DNA of 33,555 nucleotides from Candidatus Micrarchaeota archaeon (GCA_027328265.1 DAHVVD010000029.1:1-33555), one strand, 5' to 3'. Shown: positions 1 to 9,662, numbered from the stretch's first letter. The notes: generated by a model not told the origin, from the sequence alone. Numbers and translations: made by a program.

Positions 1-102
1 GTTTCCTCCGAATTCCCTACACATGCACAATAGACGTAAGGTTCGTAACCTTTAAATAGGATAAAAATCATAATACAATATAGGTCGACTTAAGGTACAA
101 AC

Positions 103-738
103 ATGAGATTAATGGGAAACCCTAAAGAATTAAAGACTGCAGTTGCAGCCACGCTTATCACAGCCAGTTTGTTTACTGGTGCAAAGTTACCTGCACGCGC
201 AGATACCCTTCCGCAGAGGTTGGTAGTGCAGACAGTGCAGGATAAGCTCAGGGTGATGGTACTCCAAGCGCAACGCAGTGACCAGATAGATAGAGAAAAA
301 ATAAATCTGCAATGGCAAGGAGAACAAGAAGCTTGCAATGGCGCTCAGCGCATACAGGAGCTTCAGGCACGCCAAATCTCCTATATTATCTCTGCAAACC
401 TCAGGGGCATAGCCCAAGCAGCCTTTGGTGCAAACGAGAACATAGCCGATCAAAATATTAGTATTGCTTTTAATAAAGCCGAGACAGCAGCTCTTATGGT
501 CAGGAATGAGGAAGCCGGAGCCGTAGATGGTGTTATGGCATCAGAGACATACAAACTTCAGAATCTTCAAGACACAGCCAGACTACAGATAGTGATGGGC
601 AATAATCCATATTTGCAAGGCAACAAAATAATGAAAGAGGCCAATGTGACTGTGAGAGATGCAAACAAACAAGTTGCAATCATCATGTCAGGTGCCGATC
701 AAAGGGTTCACGTTTTTCTCGGCCCAAAATGTCCTTAA
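103..738 (+). CDS. hypothetical protein with signal-peptide-like N-terminus
   Basis: 211-aa ORF. The N-terminal basic plus hydrophobic stretch (KELKTAVAATLITASLFTGA) looks like a signal peptide. No family motif recognised. AT-rich TATA-like sequence at 61-84 upstream. Confidence 0.4.
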   Translation: MRLMGNPKELKTAVAATLITASLFTGAKLPARADTLPQRLVVQTVQDKLRVMVLQAQRSDQIDREKINLQWQGEQEACNGAQRIQELQARQISYIISANLRGIAQAAFGANENIADQNISIAFNKAETAALMVRNEEAGAVDGVMASETYKLQNLQDTARLQIVMGNNPYLQGNKIMKEANVTVRDANKQVAIIMSGADQRVHVFLGPKCP

Positions 739-811
739 CTGTGAGTACTATTTTTCCTCCTGATTCTTTTATCCTGGCTTTTACTAGCTCGATTATCACG
801 ATACAATTTTC

Positions 812-1588
812 CTATCTCCTATATTCTTGAATAAAACTAGTTAGTGTATAAAGCAAAAACTGCTGCAAACTCATGTTTTCTAACGCTCTGTAATAGTTCT
901 GCTTTGTTTTTTCCATTATTGTTACAGGCAAATAATTATGCGCTGTTAATATATGATTCATAAGCAGCCTGCCTACCCTTCCGTTCCCATCCGCAAACGG
1001 ATGGATTACCTCAAATTGCATGTGAAATATTGAAGCTAAGATGAACGGATACATTTTGTCTTCATTTTTTATGTACCATTCCATAAGGTTTCCCATCCTC
1101 CCTTTCACGTGTTGTGGTGGCGTAGTAGGACTATTCGGTTTAATGTAATTATAGAAATTCTTGTAATAACCTGCATGCTCATCTATGTTCTTTTGTATTA
1201 GAAAATGCAACATTCGTGCTAAATCTTGACTTACTTTTTCACCACTTTTTACCTTAAGAAACTGAAGCACCTCTGATGTATTTCCAGTTTCAAATATTTC
1301 TCTTTTAGATACGCTTTCCGGTTTTTTGCCATTTTTTAGGAAAGCATTAACGTCTTCTTGACTCATTGTGTTCCCTTCAATGCTATTTGTATTGTAAACA
1401 TACCTCTTTTCCCACTGATCCCTGAAAGTCGCCCTTGTATTATCATCAAGAGCGTTAAGAAATAATGTATATTCCTTATTGGTGTCATCAGTTGTTTTCA
1501 ACAGCTCCAAAATCCTTTGGTCTGGAATAAAATCCGATAACCTAGAAATTAGATTGTCTCCATCTTCTGCATAAAATCTATCGCACAT
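812..1588 (-). CDS. Fic/DOC family protein (class II, with N-terminal inhibitory helix)
   Basis: HPFADGNGRVGRLL matches the Fic active-site motif HxFx(D/E)GNGRxxR. TNSIEG upstream matches the (S/T)xxxE(G/N) auto-inhibitory helix motif. The gene is visibly AT-richer than its neighbours. Confidence 0.85.
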   Translation of the reverse strand: MCDRFYAEDGDNLISRLSDFIPDQRILELLKTTDDTNKEYTLFLNALDDNTRATFRDQWEKRYVYNTNSIEGNTMSQEDVNAFLKNGKKPESVSKREIFETGNTSEVLQFLKVKSGEKVSQDLARMLHFLIQKNIDEHAGYYKNFYNYIKPNSPTTPPQHVKGRMGNLMEWYIKNEDKMYPFILASIFHMQFEVIHPFADGNGRVGRLLMNHILTAHNYLPVTIMEKTKQNYYRALENMSLQQFLLYTLTSFIQEYRR

Positions 1589-1742
1589 ATCAGCGACTTC
1601 AGTATCGCTTTTAGGAGGCGCTGCAGTCTCTTAGGCGCTCTAGAAATGTATAAATCTACACCTTCCGATGTTTTCCTCATAAGTATATTCGTCTCTCTAA
1701 TTATCTCATTGGTTATTTATAAGCCTCCCGCCCCCGTAGTTC

Positions 1743-2249
1743 TTAAGGAGCGACATACACAATATTAACCTCCTGTGTCTTTTCTATCGGAAAAGAGAGT
1801 AGACCTTCATGCTTCAGCTCAACTTTTATATACCATCGCACGATGTTAGAGCCACCCATTAAGCCTGCCATGCTACCCAGAAACATTTCCGCTGCCTGTG
1901 CATTCTTATTCGGTTGAGAGCCAGCCGCGTTTGCCTGCGGTATTACGAAACTGAATTTGTACTGGTACGGACTACCGCTTTTTGCATAAAGCTTCTCGCC
2001 GTCTAACGATTGCTTGTTGGTATAAACGTTCATCTTGCTTTGGCTCATCCCGCTTCCTCCGCCGCCCATGCCCATCTGAGTCATGGTCCGTTCTGCATAA
2101 AGTATAGCAACGACCTCCTTGCCCTTGACGTCCTTGTTCAAGGTAAGCGTCGCGGTGCCTTCAAGCGCCTGTCCAGGAGCCACATTCTGGCTTTTTAGCG
2201 CAATCTCCATCTTGCCCTCTCCAGGTCCAAACAACCCCATAGCAACCAT
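1743..2249 (-). CDS. hypothetical protein (possibly SpoOM/arrestin-like beta-sandwich)
   Basis: The ORF is open to 2327, but that start overlaps the divergent TrpRS start at 2305. In-frame Met codons lie at 2306, 2249, 2240 and 2210. 'MEIALKSQNVAPGQALEGTATLTLNKDVKGKEVVAILYAERT' resembles SpoOM-type N-termini. Start and family are both uncertain. Confidence 0.4.
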   Translation of the reverse strand: MVAMGLFGPGEGKMEIALKSQNVAPGQALEGTATLTLNKDVKGKEVVAILYAERTMTQMGMGGGGSGMSQSKMNVYTNKQSLDGEKLYAKSGSPYQYKFSFVIPQANAAGSQPNKNAQAAEMFLGSMAGLMGGSNIVRWYIKVELKHEGLLSFPIEKTQEVNIVYVAP

Positions 2250-2304
2250 CAGGATAACTCCTATTATATATTTATGTCTTAACCCTACTTGAAAGAATGA
2301 TCCC

Positions 2305-3426
2305 ATGCCAGAAGAGTTCAATGTCACTCCTTACGAAGTGGAAGGAAAGGTGAACTACGAGAGGCTTACCGAGCAGTTCGGAATCAATCCCATAACAGAG
2401 GATATGGAGAAGAGAATTGCGAGACTTGCAGGCGAGCCCCATTACTTGATACGCAGGAAGATATATTTCGCGCAGAGGGAGCTCAACTGGCTGCTCGACG
2501 AATATGAGAAGGGCAACAAGTTCTACGTCTACACCGGCATCGCGCCTTCGGGGAGCATGACAGTCGCACACCTCCTTCCATTCGTAATGGCGCAATGGTT
2601 GCAGGAGAAATTCGGCGCAGATGTCTACATCCAGATACCCGACGAGGAGAAATTCCTGAACAAGAAGGACCCCAAACTGACGCTCGACTATACGAATGGT
2701 CTCGCCCACCAGGACGCGCTTGACATAGTCGCACTCGGCTTCAAGCCGAAGAAGACCAAGATTTACATCGACACCGAGAACGCAGGAGTACTATACAAAC
2801 AGGCTGTGAGAGTGGCGAAACGCGTAACCTTCTCGATGATAAAGGACGCCTTCGGCTTCAGCAACGAGACAAACATAGGTGCAATCTTCTACACGAGCAC
2901 GCAGGCTGTCGGTACATTCATAAAATCTGTTGAGGAAGGGAGGAAGGTGCCATGCCTGATCCCTCTAGGCGTAGACCAGGACGTCCATTTCAGGATCGCT
3001 CGCGACGTCGTTGAGAAGATGGGCTACTACAAGCCAGCGATAATCCACAGCAAGTTCATGCCAGGTCTGAAGGGCGAGCCGAAGATGTCCTCGAGCGATC
3101 CGAACGGCGCAATATACCTTAGCGACCCTCCGGAGACTGTGGAGAGGAAGGTAAACAAGGCCATAACCGGGCAGCAGTCTACAGCGGAGCTCCAGAAGAA
3201 ATACGGCGGCGACCCTGAGAAATGCTCAGTATGTCAGTATTACAAATACCTCTTCGAGCCTGACGACAAGAAATTAAAGAAGATACTCGATGCAGAAAGG
3301 GACGGAACCATGCTTGCAGGGGAGCACAAGGCTGCCCTCGCGGAGAGGATAAACGAATTTCTTGAAAAGCACAGAAAGGAGAAGGAGAGGCTTAAGGGAA
3401 AGATGGAAGAATTCATGCTCGGCTAG
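2305..3426 (+). CDS. trpS: tryptophan--tRNA ligase (archaeal/eukaryotic type)
   Basis: N-terminal VTPYEVEGKVNYERL, FYVYTGIAPSGSMTVAHLLPF (HIGH-region equivalent), KMSSSDPNGAIYLSD (KMSKS equivalent) and C-terminal GTMLAGEHKAALAE all parallel eukaryotic/archaeal TrpRS. Confidence 0.85.
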   Translation: MPEEFNVTPYEVEGKVNYERLTEQFGINPITEDMEKRIARLAGEPHYLIRRKIYFAQRELNWLLDEYEKGNKFYVYTGIAPSGSMTVAHLLPFVMAQWLQEKFGADVYIQIPDEEKFLNKKDPKLTLDYTNGLAHQDALDIVALGFKPKKTKIYIDTENAGVLYKQAVRVAKRVTFSMIKDAFGFSNETNIGAIFYTSTQAVGTFIKSVEEGRKVPCLIPLGVDQDVHFRIARDVVEKMGYYKPAIIHSKFMPGLKGEPKMSSSDPNGAIYLSDPPETVERKVNKAITGQQSTAELQKKYGGDPEKCSVCQYYKYLFEPDDKKLKKILDAERDGTMLAGEHKAALAERINEFLEKHRKEKERLKGKMEEFMLG

Positions 3427-4142
3427 CGCTTCGGCTCTATCTCTATTCCGTGCGGCGTTATTGTCATCTTGCACAGAGTGCTCTTGAACTTGGAATAGCG
3501 CATCTTAACCACATTTAGGAAGTACTGCATCTCGCTTCCAGATATTGCCTCTCTCTGCAGCTTTATTATTCCGTCGAACATCGATTCTTCGAAGAGGCCA
3601 GGAGGCTCATCAGGGTCTTTTTCTGCAGTCTCGAACGTCATGATGCTTGTCACTCCCTGGTCCCTTATGCTTTCCACTATGTAGTTTATACCCCTTGTGA
3701 AAGAGCGATCATCACCATAGAGAGAGCGGAGCAGACTGAACGAATCTATAATTAGTAATTTTGAACTGTTCAGCTCAGTGGTCCTTATTATCTCAGCTAC
3801 CATCTCCTGTATGCTCTCCGGGCTTCTTATCGCGTACTGCAGCTTCTTCTCCACGACATTCAACCTGGTGGTGCCTATAAATTCCTTCGCATCAGAAAAC
3901 TCGGAGAACGTACTCACCACGAAGCTGATCAGCGCCTTCCTGTTCTCCTCTATCGTAAGATATGTAGTTGGAACGCCTCTTTTGGCGTTGTGATATGCTA
4001 TCTCAAATGAGAGAAGCGTCTTGCCTGATCCTGCCTCGCCAAGTAGAAGTGTCTGGCTCTTCTCAGGAATGCCTCCATAGAGCAATTCGTCCAGGCCGTC
4101 TATTCCTGTGCTTAGCCTCTCAATCTTGTTTTCTCCATCCAT
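3423..4142 (-). CDS. KaiC-like / RecA-superfamily ATPase (single domain)
   Basis: LSTGIDGLDELLYGGIPEKSQTLLLGEAGSGKTLL is the typical KaiC/RadA-like N-terminus with a Walker A motif. The ORF is open to 4253. The Met at 4142 (MDGENKIERLSTGIDGLD) gives the family-typical N-terminus. Confidence 0.7.
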   Translation of the reverse strand: MDGENKIERLSTGIDGLDELLYGGIPEKSQTLLLGEAGSGKTLLSFEIAYHNAKRGVPTTYLTIEENRKALISFVVSTFSEFSDAKEFIGTTRLNVVEKKLQYAIRSPESIQEMVAEIIRTTELNSSKLLIIDSFSLLRSLYGDDRSFTRGINYIVESIRDQGVTSIMTFETAEKDPDEPPGLFEESMFDGIIKLQREAISGSEMQYFLNVVKMRYSKFKSTLCKMTITPHGIEIEPKR

Positions 4143-4285
4143 TTGTGCCCACACTACAGCTTTCCCTGTTTCACCTATACAAAATATTCTTATATAACTT
4201 TTGATAAAAGCCTTTGCCGCATTAAACCAAGACCCTGTGTGGCGTAAGGACACGAAGCCGCATTAACGTAATAAATACCTAAATC

Positions 4286-4304
4286 TTTCAACTTTTTGTT
4301 GAAA
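4286..4304. promoter_or_regulatory. perfect inverted repeat TTTCAAC-N5-GTTGAAA just upstream of the TATA-like box of the wHTH-grpE-dnaK-dnaJ operon
   Basis: Read directly: tttcaac ttttt gttgaaa at 4286-4304, followed by tttatatat at 4315-4323 and start codons at 4340/4346. Confidence 0.3.
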
Positions 4305-4339
4305 ATAAGCAAATATTTATATATCTATAAGTGCATAAG

Positions 4340-4780
4340 ATGGATATGTCAAGCACAGAGAAGCTAGTCATAAAGGCACTCAACAAGCCGGCAAAAGGAG
4401 GCCAGGAAGAAATATTGGAATGGTTCTGCGAAGTTTTCGATCTAGCAGGGAAGAATGACCCCCTTGAACCGGAGATGCTAAGGCAGATAGCCGAGAGGAG
4501 CATAAAGGGAGAGGGCATAACGAGCAAGGATCTAAACAAGAGGCTGGAGACGCCAAGAAGCACAGTGATCTACCACCTCAACAGATTCATCTACTCGGGC
4601 CTTGTAGTGAGGAAGGGCAGGAAATATTATCTGAGGTCTAACGATATGACAAGCACCCTTGAGGAGATGCAGGCAGAGATGGAAAGAGAATTCAACAGGA
4701 TGATGGAGCTCGCAGGGAAACTGGACAAGATGCTTGAAAGTGAGGCTTATGGCAGAAGACGAAAAGAAAGAGAAGAATGA
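4340..4780 (+). CDS. small winged-helix DNA-binding protein with coiled-coil C-terminus (putative chaperone-operon regulator)
   Basis: 'TPRSTVIYHLNRFIYSGLVVRKGRKYYL' looks like a wHTH recognition helix plus wing. The gene sits directly upstream of grpE and overlaps it. The track start is GTG 4331; ATG 4340/4346 fits the TATA spacing better. Confidence 0.55.
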   Translation: MDMSSTEKLVIKALNKPAKGGQEEILEWFCEVFDLAGKNDPLEPEMLRQIAERSIKGEGITSKDLNKRLETPRSTVIYHLNRFIYSGLVVRKGRKYYLRSNDMTSTLEEMQAEMEREFNRMMELAGKLDKMLESEAYGRRRKEREE

Positions 4781-5267
4781 AAAAGAAGAGACGCCAAAGG
4801 AACCCAAGAAGGAAGAGGGCCAGAAGAGCGAAAGCGAGGAACTGAAGGACAGGCTGCTCAGGCTCGCAGCGGAATTCGACAATTACAAGAAAAGGTCGTC
4901 AAAAGACCTGGACAATGCGAAAAAGGTAGGGAAGGCGGAGCTAGCAGCAAAGCTCCTTCCGATACTCGACGAGTTCGAGATCGCGATAGAGAGCACCGAC
5001 ACCAAGACTGAGCACGGAAAAGGGATGGCGATTGTCTTCTCAAACTTCGTTGAAGTGATGAAGAAGGAGGGACTCAAGGAAATAGAGTGCAGCGGTGTCT
5101 ATGACCCGTATAAACACGAGATCATGATGACAAAAGAGAGCAATGAAAAAGAAGGAACGATACTTGACGTGATAAGGAAAGGTTATTTATGGAATGAAAT
5201 TATGCTTAGACCCGCTTCGGTGATAGCATCAAGCGGGGAAAAGAAAGAGGAAGAGATAAAAAAGTGA
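4734..5267 (+). CDS. grpE: nucleotide exchange factor GrpE
   Basis: [14 protein letters not shown] signature, charged N-terminus, and position upstream of dnaK. An alternative start is ATG 4749. Confidence 0.85.
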   Translation: MKVRLMAEDEKKEKNEKEETPKEPKKEEGQKSESEELKDRLLRLAAEFDNYKKRSSKDLDNAKKVGKAELAAKLLPILDEFEIAIESTDTKTEHGKGMAIVFSNFVEVMKKEGLKEIECSGVYDPYKHEIMMTKESNEKEGTILDVIRKGYLWNEIMLRPASVIASSGEKKEEEIKK

Positions 5268-5271
5268 TAAC

Positions 5272-7119
5272 ATGAGCAAAGTAATAGGAGTGGATTTAGG
5301 AACGAGCAACAGCGCAGCAGCGGTACTTGAAGGAGGAAGACCAGTGCTTATACCAAGCGCGGAGGGAACATCGCTTTACGGGAAGTCTTTCCCTAGCTAT
5401 GTGGCGTTTACAAAGGACGGACAGAGGCTAGTGGGAGAGCCGGCAAAGAGGCAGGCGGTGGCTAACTACGAAGGCACGCTGACAGCATTCAAGAGAAAGA
5501 TGGGGACCAGCTTCAAGTACAATATCTTTGGCAAGGAGTACACGCCTCAGGAACTTTCTGCAATGATACTCCAGAAGATAAAGAAGGATGCCGAGGCGTT
5601 TCTCGGAGAGGAAGTAAAGCAGGCAGTAATAACGGTGCCAGCTTACTTCAACGACAATCAGAGGCAGGCAACAAAGGACGCAGGAGAGATAGCGGGCCTC
5701 GAAGTCGTAAGACTCGTCAACGAGCCGACTGCGGCAGCTCTGGCTTATGGGCTTGACAAGCAGAGCAAGGAGATGAAGATACTAGTTTACGACCTAGGAG
5801 GAGGAACCCTGGACGTAACGATAATGGAATTCGGGAACGGCGTCTTCGAGGTGAAATCGACAAGCGGCGACACCCAGCTCGGAGGGACTGACATGGACAG
5901 CGCCATAACCGACTTCCTCAAGGCAGAGGTGCTCAAAGGAGGCCTAGATATCTCTAAGGACAATCAGGCACTTCAGAGACTAAGGGAGGCTGCTGAGAAG
6001 GCGAAGATTGAGCTCTCAACGACACTATCAAGCGAGATAAACCTTCCTTTCCTCGGAGTGAAGGACGGAAAGCTATTCAACTTCACATATGCTCTGACAA
6101 GGGCAAAGCTGGAGGACATAGTGCTCCAGATAGTCGAGAAGACGACTAAGCCGGTAATGCAGGCGCTTAAAGACGCAAAGATGGATCCCAAGGACATAGA
6201 CAAAGTCATACTCATAGGAGGGCCCACGAGGATGCCCATAGTCCAAAGATACGTCGAACAGCTACTCGGAAAGAAGATAGAACGCGGAGTGGACCCGATG
6301 GAGGCTGTGGCATTCGGAGCAGCAATACAGGCAGGCGTTCTCACCGGAGAGGTAAAGGACATACTCCTACTCGATGTGACCCCTCTTTCACTGGGGCTCG
6401 AAACCCTCGGAGGCGTAACAACGACGCTCATAGACAGGAACACGACAGTGCCGGTGAAGAAGTCGCAGATCTTCTCGACAGCGAGCGACAACCAGAACAC
6501 CGTCGACATACACGTGCTCCAGGGAGAGAACAAGATGGCGAAGTACAATATCTCGCTTGGAAGGTTCCAGCTCACTGGCATACCTCCAGCACCGCGCGGA
6601 GTACCGCAGATAGAAGTTACATTCGACATAGACGCGAACGGCATAATCCACGTAACCGCGAAAGACAAGGCAACCGGCAAGGAGCAGAGCACGAAGATAG
6701 TTGCACCGCAGAAGATGAGCAGGGATGAGATAGAAAAGAAGATGAAGGAGAGCGAGCAGTACGCGACTCAGGACAAGGAGGAATTCGAGAAGGCCGAGAC
6801 TAAGAACAACGCAGAAGCGCTTATCTATACTGCCGACCACACCCTGAAGGAATACGGGGACAAGATAGCTAAGGATGTAGCAGAAAAGGTAGAGAACGCA
6901 AAGAAGAATCTTCAGGAAGCCATCAAGAAGGACGACATGCGTGAGGTAAAGGAGAAGTCTGATAGCCTCAACCAAATCTTGCAGGAGATTGGTTCCAGCA
7001 TGTACAAAGGCGCAGGTCCAGAAGCCGCAGGAAACCAAGGCCCGGAACAGGGTCCAGGACCTAGCGGAAGTGCAAATAACGACGGCTCAGTGAACGCCGA
7101 CTTCAAGGTCGAGAAGTGA
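5272..7119 (+). CDS. dnaK: molecular chaperone DnaK (Hsp70)
   Basis: [30 protein letters not shown] and other full-length Hsp70 signatures. Confidence 0.97.
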   Translation: MSKVIGVDLGTSNSAAAVLEGGRPVLIPSAEGTSLYGKSFPSYVAFTKDGQRLVGEPAKRQAVANYEGTLTAFKRKMGTSFKYNIFGKEYTPQELSAMILQKIKKDAEAFLGEEVKQAVITVPAYFNDNQRQATKDAGEIAGLEVVRLVNEPTAAALAYGLDKQSKEMKILVYDLGGGTLDVTIMEFGNGVFEVKSTSGDTQLGGTDMDSAITDFLKAEVLKGGLDISKDNQALQRLREAAEKAKIELSTTLSSEINLPFLGVKDGKLFNFTYALTRAKLEDIVLQIVEKTTKPVMQALKDAKMDPKDIDKVILIGGPTRMPIVQRYVEQLLGKKIERGVDPMEAVAFGAAIQAGVLTGEVKDILLLDVTPLSLGLETLGGVTTTLIDRNTTVPVKKSQIFSTASDNQNTVDIHVLQGENKMAKYNISLGRFQLTGIPPAPRGVPQIEVTFDIDANGIIHVTAKDKATGKEQSTKIVAPQKMSRDEIEKKMKESEQYATQDKEEFEKAETKNNAEALIYTADHTLKEYGDKIAKDVAEKVENAKKNLQEAIKKDDMREVKEKSDSLNQILQEIGSSMYKGAGPEAAGNQGPEQGPGPSGSANNDGSVNADFKVEK

Positions 7120-7137
7120 AAATAGCAGTAGGTCACC

Positions 7138-8253
7138 ATGGCTGACGATTATTATGAAATCCTCGGTGTCCAGAAGGCAGCCACTACTGGCGAGATCAAG
7201 AAGGCCTACAGGGATCTTGCCCTGAAATATCACCCAGACCGCAATAAGGATAAGGACGCCGAGGAGCGTTTCAAAAAGGTTAACGAAGCCTATGCTGTCC
7301 TTAGCAACCCCGAGAAGCGCAAGAGCTACGACATGTACGGCGCCGAAGGATTCCAGCAGAGATATTCTGCTGAGGATATTTTCCGCGGCACTAATTTTGA
7401 GGACCTCTTTCGTGAGATGGGGATAAACCTTGGTTTCGATACTTCTGGAATTTTCGGGAGCGCCTTCGGTCAGGGATTCGGGCAGAGCATGGAACGCGGA
7501 AGCGACCTGCTTTATGGTATGGAAATATCTCTTGAGGAGGCAGCAAACGGAACTAAGAAAGAGGTCAGTATCAAGCACGTCAAGAAATGTGAGCGCTGCG
7601 GAGGCAGCGGCGCCGAACCTGGCTCCAGGATAACAAAATGCCCTGATTGCGGAGGCTCAGGCAGGGTAAGACACATAACAAACACAATCTTCGGGAGCAT
7701 GCAGACCATAACGACGTGCCAACGATGCGGCGGAAAGGGCAAATCATATGATAGAAAATGCAGGGCATGCGGAGGCAGCTGCGGAGTCATAGGGATAGAT
7801 AAAGTTGAGGTCAGCGTCCCAGCAGGAATAAGGGACCAAATGAGGCTAAGGCTAGAGGGCTTGGGAGATTACGGCAAGGACGGCTCAGGCGACCTCTATA
7901 TCGAGATGAAGATTGCGAAGCACAGATACTTCACTAGGAAAGAAGATGACATCTACGTGGACGTGTCAGTGCCGTTCCATACTGCAGCCCTCGGTGGTAA
8001 CATCGATGTGCCTACGCTTTCTGGAAAACAGACAGTGACAATTGAGCCAGGCACACAGCCAAACACGCAGAAGGTGTTGCATGGCGCCGGCATAAAACAT
8101 TTCAGGGGCAGCTCCAGAGGCGACGAGGTCGTAAATATCAAGGTAGAGATACCGAAGAGCCTTTCAGGAGAAAAGAAAGAGCTTATGGAAAGATTCAAGG
8201 CGCTGGACAGCGGCAAAGATTCTGAGTCAAAGAAGAAATACGGCTTTTTCTAA
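7138..8253 (+). CDS. dnaJ: co-chaperone DnaJ (type I)
   Basis: J-domain (DYYEILGV ... HPDRN), G/F-rich linker, and four CxxCxG repeats ([32 protein letters not shown]). Confidence 0.95.
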   Translation: MADDYYEILGVQKAATTGEIKKAYRDLALKYHPDRNKDKDAEERFKKVNEAYAVLSNPEKRKSYDMYGAEGFQQRYSAEDIFRGTNFEDLFREMGINLGFDTSGIFGSAFGQGFGQSMERGSDLLYGMEISLEEAANGTKKEVSIKHVKKCERCGGSGAEPGSRITKCPDCGGSGRVRHITNTIFGSMQTITTCQRCGGKGKSYDRKCRACGGSCGVIGIDKVEVSVPAGIRDQMRLRLEGLGDYGKDGSGDLYIEMKIAKHRYFTRKEDDIYVDVSVPFHTAALGGNIDVPTLSGKQTVTIEPGTQPNTQKVLHGAGIKHFRGSSRGDEVVNIKVEIPKSLSGEKKELMERFKALDSGKDSESKKKYGFF

Positions 8254-8313
8254 AACTCAGGTTCTATCCACAAACTCATTACCTAATTCCGATGTCGCAT
8301 TTATTGCCTATTT

Positions 8314-8949
8314 TTATCCAAAAACCAATATATAGATTCCCACTACAGCAATAACTAATCCTGTAAGTACATCATTGTATCTTGGATCTAACTTTTCTAA
8401 ACGCTTCGCAAATCGTGAATGTTCAACTAAATAATGACCTCCAAAGACAAATAGAAGCAGAGTCATTACAGAAGCAACAGCAAAAACTATCGCTACTTGA
8501 ATAGCAAAACTGAAGCCTATGGGAATAGCAATAAGGAAGATCGGTAATATTGACAAATCAGGAGATAATGCTGCACCAAGCACTGCGAAATTGCTAATTT
8601 CTTTTGTATGTGTATGCGACTTCCCCTCTTCTTCACAGTGTTCTTCTGCCTTGTAGGATTTTACCGCATAGTAAAGCCCTGCCACTATCATTATCATGCC
8701 GATTATCTTCGTAATGGCGGATAAGACAAATTTTGAGCTAAATATGCCTACAATCACGACCGCAAATCCTAATATCACAGATAGGATTACGTGCCCAACG
8801 CTTGTTAATATGCTGTTCTTGAACAATTTATTATGAGTCCAACGGTTTGCTCTGCCAAGCATTACAAGAGTAGCCCAATGGTCAGGTGCGGACATGTGCA
8901 ATATACCCACCGATGCTGCGGCAAAAAGCAAAGCAGCAGTTGAAATCAT
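8314..8949 (-). CDS. NicO/RcnA-like nickel/cobalt transporter family membrane protein
   Basis: Polytopic membrane protein. H-MSAP-DH fits the NiCoT/RcnA HX4DH signature in TM1. There is a central His/Glu/Cys-rich loop (EEHCEEEGKSHTHTKE). The gene is strongly AT-rich compared with its flanks. Confidence 0.5.
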   Translation of the reverse strand: MISTAALLFAAASVGILHMSAPDHWATLVMLGRANRWTHNKLFKNSILTSVGHVILSVILGFAVVIVGIFSSKFVLSAITKIIGMIMIVAGLYYAVKSYKAEEHCEEEGKSHTHTKEISNFAVLGAALSPDLSILPIFLIAIPIGFSFAIQVAIVFAVASVMTLLLFVFGGHYLVEHSRFAKRLEKLDPRYNDVLTGLVIAVVGIYILVFG

Positions 8950-9055
8950 TTAATCTTAAGATATACCTACACTCAACTTTAATAGGCTTAGCCAGATTAA
9001 TCAGAGCTTTAGAAGAATCTTTGGAAAACACAGTAGCTCTAATGGAGCCTCGTAG

Positions 9056-9373
9056 TTAGTCTTGCTTATCAAGCGCGCCTTCCTTGAACAGCAACTCTTT
9101 CTTCCTTTCAACACCTCCTGTTCCACTGTAGTTGCCTATTTTGCCGTCGCTCTTTATCACTCTGTGGCAAGGAATAGTTATCGGGAAGGGATTGTTCTTC
9201 ATCACAGTACCTACGGCCCTATATGCCTTAGGGCTGCCTGCCTTCTTGGCAAGTTCCTTGTAAGATAATGTCTCCCCTTCCTTTATCCCATAGCAAGCCA
9301 GGAGCACCCTTCTCTGGAAAGCCGTGAATTCGAATTGGTCGAGCTTCCTCTCGATTTCCTTTCTTGCTGTCAA
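9056..9373 (-). CDS. ogt: methylated-DNA--protein-cysteine methyltransferase (C-terminal domain only)
   Basis: TAFQRRVL ... YRAVGTVMKNNPFPITIPCHRVI ... GNYSG contains the PCHRV active site and the MGMT DNA-binding domain. Confidence 0.8.
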   Translation of the reverse strand: MTARKEIERKLDQFEFTAFQRRVLLACYGIKEGETLSYKELAKKAGSPKAYRAVGTVMKNNPFPITIPCHRVIKSDGKIGNYSGTGGVERKKELLFKEGALDKQD

Positions 9374-9377
9374 CGAA

Positions 9378-9653
9378 TCAGTCTTTTATTGATTCCAAAA
9401 GGCTTAATAGGTTCCATATCACCGTCCTTGCGTAGGGCGGCAGGTTTATGTCGTTGCTTACCTCGTCTATCTTATACATTGCATTAGAGGCCTTTACTGA
9501 ATAACCCTCGTTCTGCTCAAGCGCCTTCCTCGCCTCGTCAAGCGCTGTCTTCACGTTCCTTGGAACGCTGTTGTCGTTGAGCAGCATCTCTATCTGCTGC
9601 TTTATCTGCGTTATCGTCTCCTCGTGTTTTTTGTCCTCTGCCATGTTAGTCAC
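9378..9653 (-). CDS. UPF0147-like small archaeal protein
   Basis: 91 aa and helical. 'NDNSVPRNVKTALDEA' resembles the UPF0147 family hallmark. Assigned from memory of the family. Confidence 0.5.
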   Translation of the reverse strand: MTNMAEDKKHEETITQIKQQIEMLLNDNSVPRNVKTALDEARKALEQNEGYSVKASNAMYKIDEVSNDINLPPYARTVIWNLLSLLESIKD

Positions 9654-9662
9654 CTACTGTCT

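Noticed and set aside
812-2327. Fic gene as part of a toxin-antitoxin or defence module with its neighbours.
   Set aside because: No small adjacent antitoxin-like ORF is present, and the inhibitory helix is intramolecular (class II). The neighbouring genes show different composition and no known functional link.
2272-2734. 145-aa and 83-aa antisense ORFs opposite the 5' part of trpS.
   Set aside because: They are embedded in a well-supported aaRS gene and have no motifs.
5973-7038. Long antisense ORFs (239 aa and 216 aa) inside dnaK.
   Set aside because: They lie entirely within and opposite a strongly supported Hsp70 CDS. Their composition is low-complexity or Ser/Leu-rich, typical of shadow ORFs in a GC-balanced gene, and they carry no motifs.
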